Sequence record: NC_061449.1
Direction: 5' to 3' (one strand)
Length of the DNA stretch: 64,000 bases
Shown: in pieces, positions 1-8,850 of the stretch
Numbering within the stretch: the stretch's first letter is position 1
Layout: each line of letters opens with the position of its first letter
The notes under the pieces: model-generated
What the model was told of the DNA's origin: nothing
The model's database searches: none
Seen by the model: the letters and a program-made list of their open reading frames with translations, nothing else
Translations under genes and position numbers: made by a program

Positions 1-2
1 CA

Positions 3-725
3 TACGTTGAATTGTATCGGGCATTCGTCAGTACGCAAGATCCGATTCGACGTGAAGCGTACTCGAAGCGCCTGAACGTGTATGTGAAGATGTTTGGTGC
101 AGAGTCTCGCTCTAAGCTATTCGTCGCGCTGTGCCGCTTGAATGATTTGCTGCCGCAGTTCATGGAATACTTCCACTCGGTGGTGGCTGACTTCTATAGA
201 CTATGCAGCAAGCAAACAAAGTTTTATGTTGATACAAACCGCGGCAAGCTGTATGACAGCAAAGACGTGCGCCAGAACTTCTTGCGTAACGTTATCGTGG
301 CGATCAACAAGTATGACTCGTCGCGTGGTGCGATTGTGAGTTATACGAAGTGGTGGATCTTGAATGCCCAAACCTGTAGTAGTAGCGAGCATGAATATGG
401 CATCGCGTATACTATTCCCCAGACTCAACGTAAGAAACTGGCGACAGGTGAAGATACCACTTCTCTGAATTTCTCGGTAAGTCTTGATACTCCTGCGAAC
501 GAATCTGATGAAGGTGCGGACGCGTCCCTACATCAAAAAGTGAGTGACCATCATCACTTAGAAGATCACGTAGATAGTGAAAGACGTACTGAAAAACTGA
601 GACTGCTTATTAAGCGCGTAGACCCACTCGGCGTTGCACGATTGACGATGGATGTGGGTGAGGAGTTCGATAAGTTCGAACTTGATCTGATGCGCAAACA
701 TATGCAGGCTCAAGGGCTAGCCTAA
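3..725 (+). CDS. Sigma70-family RNA polymerase sigma factor-like protein (5'-truncated by window edge)
   Basis: DVRQNFLRNVIVAINKYDSSRGAIVSYTKWWI resembles sigma70 region 2 ([33 protein letters not shown]); VSLDTPANESDEG resembles region 3.2 (ISMETPIGDDED). The frame is open back to base 3. Confidence 0.75.
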   Translation, partial: YVELYRAFVSTQDPIRREAYSKRLNVYVKMFGAESRSKLFVALCRLNDLLPQFMEYFHSVVADFYRLCSKQTKFYVDTNRGKLYDSKDVRQNFLRNVIVAINKYDSSRGAIVSYTKWWILNAQTCSSSEHEYGIAYTIPQTQRKKLATGEDTTSLNFSVSLDTPANESDEGADASLHQKVSDHHHLEDHVDSERRTEKLRLLIKRVDPLGVARLTMDVGEEFDKFELDLMRKHMQAQGLA

Positions 726-726
726 A

Positions 727-736
727 ACTGTAAACA
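727..736 (+). promoter_or_regulatory. WCTGTAAAYA motif (candidate phage-sigma promoter) upstream of SSB
   Basis: ACTGTAAACA; the same motif recurs at about 12 gene boundaries. Confidence 0.45.
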
Positions 737-773
737 GTGATCACATAAGCACACTCAATATTGAGGAACAACA

Positions 774-2036
774 ATGGCACGTGGATTTGGTGACATTCAA
801 GATAACAGCAAACGCGATAGTTTGCGTGAATCGGAAATCTTTGAGATCTTCCCTCTTTCGAAGAAAGCAAACGGCAACTGGGTTTCAATTCGTCTGCTGA
901 ATCTTGACCTGCTTCCTATCAAGAAGCACTGGATCAAGATCATGGGCGGGAAAGATAAAGACAAAGAGATCAAAATCCCGCGCATGTGCGTTAGCTTCGA
1001 CCCGGACAATCAGAACAAACCTCTGAACGGGATGAAGTGTCCGTACTGTGGCATCGCTCACGGTAACGACGAATCTGGTGCGCCAGCGCAGTACGACTAT
1101 AAGTGGTATGCGCAAGCGATCATTCGTGACGAGCAAGCTGCTGCGCCGCGTAAAATGCCGAAGCTCACTAAGAATGAGCAGAAGACCGGCAAGAAAGAAA
1201 TGGGCAGTGAGTCTTGGACTCCTGTTATGTGTATTCCTTTGTCGAACTCTCTGGCTGGCAAAATCCGAGAACTGGGTGAACGTAACATCCACACAGTCAA
1301 AGATAAGAAGTCCGGCAAGAAGTCGAAGCAAGCGTTCCAGGTCAATGACGACAAGTACGGTTGTGATATTGAAATCAAATACAACCCGAAAAAATCTCCG
1401 GCAGAGCGTTACACCATTGAACGCGGCGATCACACTCCGTTGACGAAAGAAGAAAAGGGTTATCTGACCTGGGACTTCGACAACTGGAACGAAATCTACG
1501 ACATGCTCGGTCGTCTTGATGAAGCTGCTGCTTTGGCTGACTTCAAGAAGATGGACGTTATCGGCGTTAACACCAACGATGATGACGGTGATGACGACGA
1601 AGACGGCGATGATGATATGTCTCTCGGCCGCAAAAATAAAGGCAGCAAAGCAGACAAGAAAAAACGTCGTAGCGATGACGACGATGATGACGACGAGGAC
1701 GAAGATGACGATGAAGATGATCGTCGCAAGTCCAAGAAGTCAAAAGCGTCCAAGTCTCGTAAGCTGTTAGACGATGACGACGATGATGACGACGAAGACG
1801 ATGAAGATGATCGTCCGTCCAAGAAAAAGAAATCTTCGAAGGACAAAAAGTCCTCGAAGGTTAAGTCTAAGAAGTCCAAGAAGTCAGATGATGACGACGA
1901 AGACGACGCACCTAAGAAGAAGAAGAAAAAGAAATCTTCTGACAAAGTGAAATCATCCGATAAGAAGAAAAAGAAAAAGTCTTCTGATGACGATGACGAC
2001 GACGCTCCGAAGAAGAAGAAAAAGAAAAAGAAGTAA
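774..2036 (+). CDS. T4 gp32-like single-stranded DNA-binding protein with alternating poly-Asp/poly-Lys C-terminal tail
   Basis: GAGGA RBS; IRLL..H(W)...C...CPYC matches the gp32 His/Cys/CxxC Zn ligand pattern; adjacent to the recombinase; long D/K block tail. Confidence 0.75.
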   Translation: MARGFGDIQDNSKRDSLRESEIFEIFPLSKKANGNWVSIRLLNLDLLPIKKHWIKIMGGKDKDKEIKIPRMCVSFDPDNQNKPLNGMKCPYCGIAHGNDESGAPAQYDYKWYAQAIIRDEQAAAPRKMPKLTKNEQKTGKKEMGSESWTPVMCIPLSNSLAGKIRELGERNIHTVKDKKSGKKSKQAFQVNDDKYGCDIEIKYNPKKSPAERYTIERGDHTPLTKEEKGYLTWDFDNWNEIYDMLGRLDEAAALADFKKMDVIGVNTNDDDGDDDEDGDDDMSLGRKNKGSKADKKKRRSDDDDDDDEDEDDDEDDRRKSKKSKASKSRKLLDDDDDDDDEDDEDDRPSKKKKSSKDKKSSKVKSKKSKKSDDDDEDDAPKKKKKKKSSDKVKSSDKKKKKKSSDDDDDDAPKKKKKKKK

Positions 2037-2044
2037 TCTGAAAC

Positions 2045-2070
2045 AGGGTGGCTAACGCCGCCCTTTCTTC
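2045..2070 (+). terminator. Intrinsic terminator-like hairpin
   Basis: AGGGTGGC-TAAC-GCCGCCCT followed by TTCTTC. Confidence 0.6.
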
Positions 2071-2093
2071 TCTCTAATCTGGACTATCCAACA

Positions 2094-5000
2094 ATGGCAA
2101 AAACGAACAACAAGGCTGAGAAAAAAGCTGAGAAGAAAGCTAAAGTCAAAGCCTCTAAGTCGAAGGACAAAGCAGTCGCCTCTGATGATATCGGTGGCGT
2201 TGAAGTATTAGGCTTTGACCTCGGCAGCATGATGGATGACGTGCTCGACGGCATCGAAAAGAAAACGAAAGTAAGTTCTGCCGATGCAGCACGACACGCA
2301 CCTCGCATCTCTACTGGTGTGCTCGCGCTTGATATGTACCTTGACGGCGGTATCGTACCTGGCGGTTGGTACACGTTCAGCGGCGGTGAGCAGTCGTGTA
2401 AGTCAACCATGACCATGAGTATCATGGCGAGTCTGATTCGTCTGAAATACTCTGGCATTAGCGTAGTGTTCGACTACGAAGGTTCGACAGATGCTGAATA
2501 CGTTGCTGGTCAGCTCAAAACGTTCGGTGTTAAAGTCGATCCGAAAACAATCTTCGGTGTGCGTGACGAAGACGGCTCGTGGATTATCAAGCCTAAGATT
2601 CGTTACTATGCACCAGACAATGGTGAGCGCTTCTTCGATTATATGTCGATGCTGCGTCGTCGTCTGCCTGACAAGATCGTAGAGAAAGACGGCTCTGCGT
2701 ATTACCTCTTTGAGAACAACAAAGAGAACGCGAAGAAGCTGGCTGGTAAGTACGACAAGAAGTGGTTCAGTCGTAACAACCAATTCAAAGTTCCTGCTGC
2801 TGATGGCCACATGCAAGCGGCTGTTATCGTTGACTCCTATCCGGCAATGCTGCCTGATCAGGTAGATGACGATGACGGTTCAAAAGCAATGGCACTGCAA
2901 GCGCGTATGTTCTCTGACGGCATCAAACGTTTCCGTGGTGGTATGCGTCGTAAGATGATGACCATCGTTGGCGTTAACCAGTTGCGTCAGAAGCCTGCTG
3001 TAATGTTCGGCTGTTTACATGGAAAGACGCTGGTACCATTCGTTGACGGTCGTGTTCTCCGCATGAAAGATATTGTGGATAATAAGATTGAAGGTGAAGT
3101 GTGGTCATACAACGAAGATAATCGTCAGATTGAACCGCGTCGCATTACTGCATGGCACCACAACGGCAACGTTGAAGATCAGTCGCATTGGATGCGCATT
3201 ATCACCCAATGCCCTGAAACTGCTAACGGACAGGCTTCCGTCACGGTGACTCCTAACCATGAAATTCTGACTGACCGTGGTTGGAAACGTGCTGACGAGA
3301 TCACAATGACTGACCGAGTTGTGTCGAAGTACACGTCAGTGCGTACTGGCTCCCTTGCTAAGTTCCTGAATGCTGTCGCTGTAGGCGATAGCTCGATGGT
3401 TGCGGATAGCCCGAACAGCGGCCTGTTGAAATTCCAGGATAACAACAACCCGGACTACGTTCTGTGGAAGATTGGTAAACTGGAAAATCACTTCGAGTTT
3501 GAATCCTATTCAGCTTCGCATGGCGGCGAGTGCTACATTGCTCGTGGTAGCGACTTTGTTGCTTACTCAAAGCAGGTGCCTGAGCGTGAGCCGTGGAAAG
3601 TTAAGTTTGATGACCTGTCGTTTGCTGTGTTCTACATGGACGACGGTACTCTGAAAACTGATCGCAAGAACGCCCTGTTTAGCATCAAGCGCTTTAAAGG
3701 CGATACTGCCGCCCTTGATTCGATTCATGCGATGTTTGCCGAACATGGCTTTGCGGTTAACTACAATCCTGACGACGGCTGTTTCTGGATGAACTTGAAT
3801 GAAAGTGATAGCTTCTTCCAGCGCATTCGTAAGTACGTGCCTGACTGTATGCAGTACAAACTGCCTGCTGAACATCAGGGCTTCTACGAAGAATTTGAAC
3901 TCGAAGGTCAAGAGCATGTGCGTCCAGTTTACGTACCTGTGATCGGCATCGAGCCTGGTTCTAAGAAAGCATTCCAGATGAAGGGCAAGTACGATATTAC
4001 TGTTGATAACAACCACAACTACATGGTTGGCAATTCGGCGAACGGAATCATCGTCCATAATAGTCCCGAATATGAGCCGGGCGGTGATGCGTTGAAGTTC
4101 TACTGCTTCGACCGCGACACTCTGATTCGTACTGACCACGGCGTGTTGACTGCACCGCAGATCAAAGAGCTGATGGAAGCTGGTACCGAAGTTCGTGTTG
4201 AATCGTTCGACGGTTATCAGAAGATTCAGGGTGCGTGGAAAGTTGATGACGCTCCGTTCCCAATCGAAATGAATGCTGGTGGTCACACATACATCGGCAG
4301 CGCAGAGCACCGTCAGTTCACGTTCATGTATGACTGGACAGCAGAAGGTATGATGGTTCTGCGTCCTGAGTGGAACACACTCGACCAGCTTGCTAAGTGG
4401 CCTGATAAGAAGGGTCAGTATGCAGGTCTGCGTGTACCGCCAGTGAAAGAACTGAAACAGAACGTGCCTGATGCGTTCGACGAAGCGAGCCAGCTTGTTC
4501 GTAATCTTCTCGGTAACTGCGATCCGGTTAGTGTGCAACTGCCTCTGGTGACTGACGGCGATACTACCTACGCTGCAAACGTGCTGACCATTGATATGGT
4601 TGGCGAAAGCACTGACGTGTCTGACTTCTCGTTCTGGGCTAAGAAGCTGCTGGATATCGGTGTGTACGCATACGCTGACGAAAGCGGTCTGCACATGCCT
4701 GGCCTGAACAAGTACGAGCTGACGCAAGCCGTAGAGCAATACGCTGAGGGTGAGTTTGTGGGTCTGTCGTTTGAGGCCACCAGCCGTCAACGTCAAACGC
4801 AGATGCTGACTGTTATCGCTGATGTGTTCCCTGAACTGACTCGCTATGTTCTGGACTATCAGTTGCAGACAGGTGATGATAAAATCTATCTTGCACCTGA
4901 GCAGGACTTCGCACAGGCTCTCGACCTGATTCTGCATAAGCAGATTGAAGGCTACGATGACATGTACGACCTGCTGATGACTCAGCTTGCCTACGTTGAA

Positions 5001-5669
5001 GACTGGTTCAACTTCGACAACTCGATTCTGCCTGTGCCGTTCACTCTGAAAGCTCTCGACAAGCCTGTTGAGTTCTGGGACGTGAATGTTGACGAAACCT
5101 CTGTGGTAATCACTAACGGTTTCGTATCGCATAACAGTGACGTGCGTGTTCGTCTGGCCTCTCGTGCAGTACCTGAAGGTTGGCCGAAGCTCAAAGACGC
5201 GCCTGGCGTTGTTGGTGAGAAGTCTGTTACTGTTGAAGGTGGTACTGACCGCTATCGTTTCATCGCTGCTAAGACCATCAAGAACAAGATGGGCGGCATC
5301 CCTAACCAGAGCACTTGGCTGCGTCTGTGGGAAGCTGATGGTAATGGTGAAGCGCGTGGTTTCGACCCAGTGTTCGATACGTGGCACTATCTGAAAGTTC
5401 TCGGCCTGATCAACGGTACTCGTAAGAACTTCAAGATCAAAGCGCCATGTCCTCTTGCATCCGAAGTCAAGATGGACTGGGATGACTTCCGTACTCTTAT
5501 CAACGGCAGCAAAGAACAAGTCGTTGCTGTCTGTAAGAAACTGAAAGTCAAACCTGCAGGTCTGCGTCTGTGGTGCTTCAAGTTTGTGCAGTCTGCCAAA
5601 GGCAAAGAAATGTTGAAAGCGTCTATCAGTAAGTCTGCGAAGTCTTCTGATGACGGTGACGACGAGTAA
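2094..5669 (+). CDS. recA: RecA/UvsX-family recombinase precursor with two inteins (predicted spliced product 497 aa)
   Basis: ISTGVLALD, Walker A variant GGEQSCKST, Walker B VIVDS, MALQARMFS, VNQLRQK..VMFG, SPEYEPGGDALKFY, SDVRVRL, KTIKNK. Confidence 0.93.
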   Translation: MAKTNNKAEKKAEKKAKVKASKSKDKAVASDDIGGVEVLGFDLGSMMDDVLDGIEKKTKVSSADAARHAPRISTGVLALDMYLDGGIVPGGWYTFSGGEQSCKSTMTMSIMASLIRLKYSGISVVFDYEGSTDAEYVAGQLKTFGVKVDPKTIFGVRDEDGSWIIKPKIRYYAPDNGERFFDYMSMLRRRLPDKIVEKDGSAYYLFENNKENAKKLAGKYDKKWFSRNNQFKVPAADGHMQAAVIVDSYPAMLPDQVDDDDGSKAMALQARMFSDGIKRFRGGMRRKMMTIVGVNQLRQKPAVMFGCLHGKTLVPFVDGRVLRMKDIVDNKIEGEVWSYNEDNRQIEPRRITAWHHNGNVEDQSHWMRIITQCPETANGQASVTVTPNHEILTDRGWKRADEITMTDRVVSKYTSVRTGSLAKFLNAVAVGDSSMVADSPNSGLLKFQDNNNPDYVLWKIGKLENHFEFESYSASHGGECYIARGSDFVAYSKQVPEREPWKVKFDDLSFAVFYMDDGTLKTDRKNALFSIKRFKGDTAALDSIHAMFAEHGFAVNYNPDDGCFWMNLNESDSFFQRIRKYVPDCMQYKLPAEHQGFYEEFELEGQEHVRPVYVPVIGIEPGSKKAFQMKGKYDITVDNNHNYMVGNSANGIIVHNSPEYEPGGDALKFYCFDRDTLIRTDHGVLTAPQIKELMEAGTEVRVESFDGYQKIQGAWKVDDAPFPIEMNAGGHTYIGSAEHRQFTFMYDWTAEGMMVLRPEWNTLDQLAKWPDKKGQYAGLRVPPVKELKQNVPDAFDEASQLVRNLLGNCDPVSVQLPLVTDGDTTYAANVLTIDMVGESTDVSDFSFWAKKLLDIGVYAYADESGLHMPGLNKYELTQAVEQYAEGEFVGLSFEATSRQRQTQMLTVIADVFPELTRYVLDYQLQTGDDKIYLAPEQDFAQALDLILHKQIEGYDDMYDLLMTQLAYVEDWFNFDNSILPVPFTLKALDKPVEFWDVNVDETSVVITNGFVSHNSDVRVRLASRAVPEGWPKLKDAPGVVGEKSVTVEGGTDRYRFIAAKTIKNKMGGIPNQSTWLRLWEADGNGEARGFDPVFDTWHYLKVLGLINGTRKNFKIKAPCPLASEVKMDWDDFRTLINGSKEQVVAVCKKLKVKPAGLRLWCFKFVQSAKGKEMLKASISKSAKSSDDGDDE
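3012..4061 (+). mobile_element. Intein 1 (350 aa) with LAGLIDADG homing endonuclease, inserted after VMFG (L2 loop)
   Basis: Begins CLHGKTLV, block B VTPNHEILT, ends IIVHN before Ser; LAGLIDADG-like LNAVAVGDS and FAVFYMDDG. Confidence 0.93.
4104..5135 (+). mobile_element. Intein 2 (344 aa), inserted after ALKFY; endonuclease motifs not recognisable
   Basis: Begins CFDRDTLI, block B-like GSAEHRQF, ends VDETSVVITNGFVSHN before Ser. Confidence 0.88.
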
Positions 5670-5676
5670 TCAATTT

Positions 5677-5701
5677 GGGAGGGCTTCGGCTCTCCCTTTT
5701 C
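5677..5701 (+). terminator. Intrinsic terminator
   Basis: GGGAGGGC-TTCG-GCTCTCCC-TTTT. Confidence 0.85.
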
Positions 5702-5718
5702 CTGTGTAAGGAGAACCC

Positions 5719-6141
5719 ATGCGTACTCAAATCATCACTGCTGATATTGTCAATCTCGAAACCGTGACTGTTAATGAAGAAGACGGTTCAGAGGTCCGCA
5801 CACCGACAATCGTGCCCAACGTTGAAGGCGAAATGACTGTTGGTATTAACGAACTGATCAGCCTGTCTGACGGCATCAACGAGCATCCTGACTCCGACTG
5901 TCGCCTGATCGTTATCGTGTCACCCGACGCTGTGCCTGTATTCTACAGCGAAGCGCTGGCAGACTACTTCGATCCAATTGAGCGCGTAGTTGATATCGAA
6001 GCCGGTAACATCGGTAGCATTACTGGTTTGCAGGTGATTCGTGGTCTGCAAGCAGAACATCCTTATGTTGCAGTCGTCGAAGTGCGTGACGCTGACACCG
6101 TAGAGATTCTGCGCTACAACGCGTCTGTAGTGAAACTGTAA
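5719..6141 (+). CDS. Hypothetical protein
   Basis: AAGGAG RBS, 140-aa ORF with phage-like codon use. Confidence 0.75.
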   Translation: MRTQIITADIVNLETVTVNEEDGSEVRTPTIVPNVEGEMTVGINELISLSDGINEHPDSDCRLIVIVSPDAVPVFYSEALADYFDPIERVVDIEAGNIGSITGLQVIRGLQAEHPYVAVVEVRDADTVEILRYNASVVKL

Positions 6142-6206
6142 ATAAAGAGTGGGAGGCATACTCCCACATCTTCTCACTCGATAGGCCAACGTGCCAGGAG
6201 TAACTA

Positions 6207-6917
6207 ATGAATAAATATCATTTCGCTCATGTACCTAATCAGGACATGTTCTCGGGTTTAGTTCACGGTTCTTTTCACGCATTACGTGCGCACGAACAGA
6301 ACAACCCAAACAAACACCAACTCGCAGTCGTGTACGTCGATATAACCGCACATGCTGCAACGTCTGCGCTGTATGCTATTCTCAAGCGCTCACATATTCA
6401 AGGGATGTTGCCTACGGCCTACATTGATAATCACTCTGTTCGCGGCTTTACTGCTGCGCGTGAGTTCTCTGTGTTCCTGTCACCGAGTCTTAACTACGTC
6501 GATCAAAAACAACTCGGTGAGGACCTGCTTCGATTCTTCGATGCTGTGGAGAAGGCCTCTCAAAGCGGCAACTCTTTCATTGGTGTGTATACAACGTCCG
6601 AAAGTCTGAGTATCATCTCAAATCTGCGTGACGCCGCGTATGGACGCTATCTCAGCTCTGAATTTGGTCACACTTCTCTAGGTGCTGATGGAGTGCAGTC
6701 TAACCTTGCATTCAAAGACGCGTTTAATTTGATTAATGGTGTTGACCAGTTGCATGACAGTCCGTGTCAAACAGTCATACTCGGTGACGACTATCTCAAT
6801 CTTAGTATGTCAGCGATAGGCACTCTCATTCGTATCTGCGAAGATGCAGGTAAGAAGTATGTTCTCGGACGTAATCTGCACCGCGAATACTTCATGAAGA
6901 AGATCTGTAAATACTGA
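6207..6917 (+). CDS. Hypothetical protein, paralogue of 8083..8850
   Basis: AGGAG RBS; N-terminal AHVPNQDMF...VHGSFHALRAHEQN aligns with AYIPDMGSF...VRSLCHMARALENN. Confidence 0.75.
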   Translation: MNKYHFAHVPNQDMFSGLVHGSFHALRAHEQNNPNKHQLAVVYVDITAHAATSALYAILKRSHIQGMLPTAYIDNHSVRGFTAAREFSVFLSPSLNYVDQKQLGEDLLRFFDAVEKASQSGNSFIGVYTTSESLSIISNLRDAAYGRYLSSEFGHTSLGADGVQSNLAFKDAFNLINGVDQLHDSPCQTVILGDDYLNLSMSAIGTLIRICEDAGKKYVLGRNLHREYFMKKICKY

Positions 6918-6965
6918 TCACCAACCGAACACAAATGCTGTGTGTAGTCTAGCCTGAATTGGGCA

Positions 6966-6999
6966 GGGGAGAGCCGGATGGCCTCCCCATTTTTTTTTT
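6966..6999 (+). terminator. Intrinsic terminator-like hairpin with long T tract
   Basis: GGGGAGAGCC-GGAT-GGCCTCCCC followed by A and ten T. Confidence 0.7.
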
Positions 7000-7014
7000 G
7001 TCTGAGGGTTTTCT

Positions 7015-8037
7015 ATGTCTGAAAAAGCAACATTCGTCCAAGTGCATGAGGCCTACTTACAAGAGTCTGCCTCTCGCGGTGCAGCACGATCAAAGATAAC
7101 CGATCACTTCACTACGTACCTGAAAAAGAACAACGGCAAGCTCCCTCCACTCGGAATCCCTATGGAAGAGTTTGTTCGTTGGGCCAATATGATCCCAACA
7201 GAAATCAATCCTGACATAGCCCGTCAGCTAATGTTTATTTCGTCAGCGACCTATACGCATTACGTTTGGTCTTTTACGAAAGCATCGTTTGTAATTGAGA
7301 AGGAGCTGTGGCCACATCTGATTGATGGTGATGCACCTAAAGTGTTGCCGACCTCTACGCTGCGTCAATTACCTCACTGGTCGCAGTGGATCAATTGTGT
7401 GTTCACGCTTGAATACAAACACGCCACTACAGGTAACAGATACGAAATTGATATTGAAGGCTTCTGGGCAACCTACGTCAACTACCAAGAGGCAACTCAC
7501 CTGAGCTTGTCCTGCTTAGGTGTGTATAATGACGGCACAGGCAATCAAGTAATGTCGCTCTACATCATGTTCGACATTACCAAAGACATGGAACTGTCTG
7601 ACGGTTTCGATTGGTTCATGCACCTTGTAGGCGCTAAAGGCGCAACGGGTGTTGACATTAATTCTGACAACGGCCATGAGGTCAATGAGGCTGTCATGGC
7701 TCTCATGAAGCCTGTCGTTAACGTGCTGCTGTTTGTTGCATCGCAGGTAGACAACATCTATAAAGGAGGAATCAAATCACTCAAACCCAGACGTAGCGGT
7801 AACAGTTACAAAATCATTCCTGTTCGTGATGTTCGTGAGTGGAATGTGGGTACAGAGTTGCTTAATGAAATTCGTACCTATGAAAGCGAAGTGAAATCTC
7901 ATGAATCAAATGGTCGTCGTGCGCATATACGCAGAGGCCATCATCATAGTTATTGGTACGGACCTTTAAAGGGTGAGCGTGAGTTGAAGTCACGCTGGGT
8001 ACCACCATGTGTTGTTCGCGGCACTATCGCAGAATAA
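7015..8037 (+). CDS. AcrVA2/FinQ-family protein homologue
   Basis: Colinear motifs with the AcrVA2 sequence as I recall it: LPTSTLRQLPHW, IEGFWATY, LLFVASQVDNIYKG, WNVGTELLNEIRTYES, RRAHIRRGHHHSYWYG...RWVPPCVV; similar length (340 aa). Confidence 0.8.
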   Translation: MSEKATFVQVHEAYLQESASRGAARSKITDHFTTYLKKNNGKLPPLGIPMEEFVRWANMIPTEINPDIARQLMFISSATYTHYVWSFTKASFVIEKELWPHLIDGDAPKVLPTSTLRQLPHWSQWINCVFTLEYKHATTGNRYEIDIEGFWATYVNYQEATHLSLSCLGVYNDGTGNQVMSLYIMFDITKDMELSDGFDWFMHLVGAKGATGVDINSDNGHEVNEAVMALMKPVVNVLLFVASQVDNIYKGGIKSLKPRRSGNSYKIIPVRDVREWNVGTELLNEIRTYESEVKSHESNGRRAHIRRGHHHSYWYGPLKGERELKSRWVPPCVVRGTIAE

Positions 8038-8082
8038 CTTTTATCTCAACTCCATGTATGGGCGTTATGCCCGGAGGCTATT

Positions 8083-8850
8083 ATGAAATCTCGTGTACAA
8101 CATGCGTATATCCCTGATATGGGATCGTTTGACCCTTACGTCCGCTCTCTGTGCCATATGGCGCGAGCACTGGAAAATAATGGCCTGAACTACGGCAAGT
8201 CAAAGCCTGTCGTGATCATCGGCACTTCGAAACGCGTAGTTGAAGCCTATGTTAAGCAGTTACTCAACACAAACAATCTACCGCACACTCTCATTTGCTT
8301 TGGCGTAGACGAACCTCCTGTCAGCCATCGTGACTACACCTACGCCGGTGCCCATGTTGTGCTGATGCACGATCTGACCTATGTTTGCAGCGACACAATG
8401 AACAAGGTTGCCACACGCGTTCTCGAAATCATCGACAGCCTGAAACAGAAAGAAGGTGATACTGACCTCAAAAACAGTGAGCTGTCTTTGGTTTACTCCA
8501 ACCCACATTTGTGGTCTGCTATTCTTGACTACGGCGCTGCTTCGTTTATGAACATGGGTGGTCGTAACATCGAATACCGCAGCGGCTTGGTTTCATCTAT
8601 CGGCCTCGACGCGTTAATGAAGTGCGAAAGCAATCAAGAATACCATGAGCTTCGAGCCGAAACTATTACGATCGGCCTGGAGTTCTTCTGCATACGTACA
8701 GACTACCTGCTGTCCAAGGTGCATAACCTGTTGTGGTCACTCGCGTGTGATGACTGCAAGTTCAAAAAGAACCATCGCATCATCTTCCACGAAGACTTCC
8801 GCCGCTTGTTCTTTGAAGAATACATTCTAAGGGACTTCAAGGGCTTTTAA
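8083..8850 (+). CDS. Hypothetical protein, paralogue of 6207..6917
   Basis: GGAGG RBS; shared N-terminal motif and LxYV segment. Confidence 0.75.
   Translation: MKSRVQHAYIPDMGSFDPYVRSLCHMARALENNGLNYGKSKPVVIIGTSKRVVEAYVKQLLNTNNLPHTLICFGVDEPPVSHRDYTYAGAHVVLMHDLTYVCSDTMNKVATRVLEIIDSLKQKEGDTDLKNSELSLVYSNPHLWSAILDYGAASFMNMGGRNIEYRSGLVSSIGLDALMKCESNQEYHELRAETITIGLEFFCIRTDYLLSKVHNLLWSLACDDCKFKKNHRIIFHEDFRRLFFEEYILRDFKGF

Noticed and set aside
2370-2410. Non-canonical Walker A (GGEQSCKST) suggesting an inactive recombinase
   Set aside because: Phage UvsX-type proteins such as T4 UvsX also lack the second Gly; Lys-Ser/Thr and Walker B are intact
3567-5519. 650-aa minus-strand ORF
   Set aside because: Antisense shadow of the recombinase/intein frame caused by codon bias; no RBS or motifs
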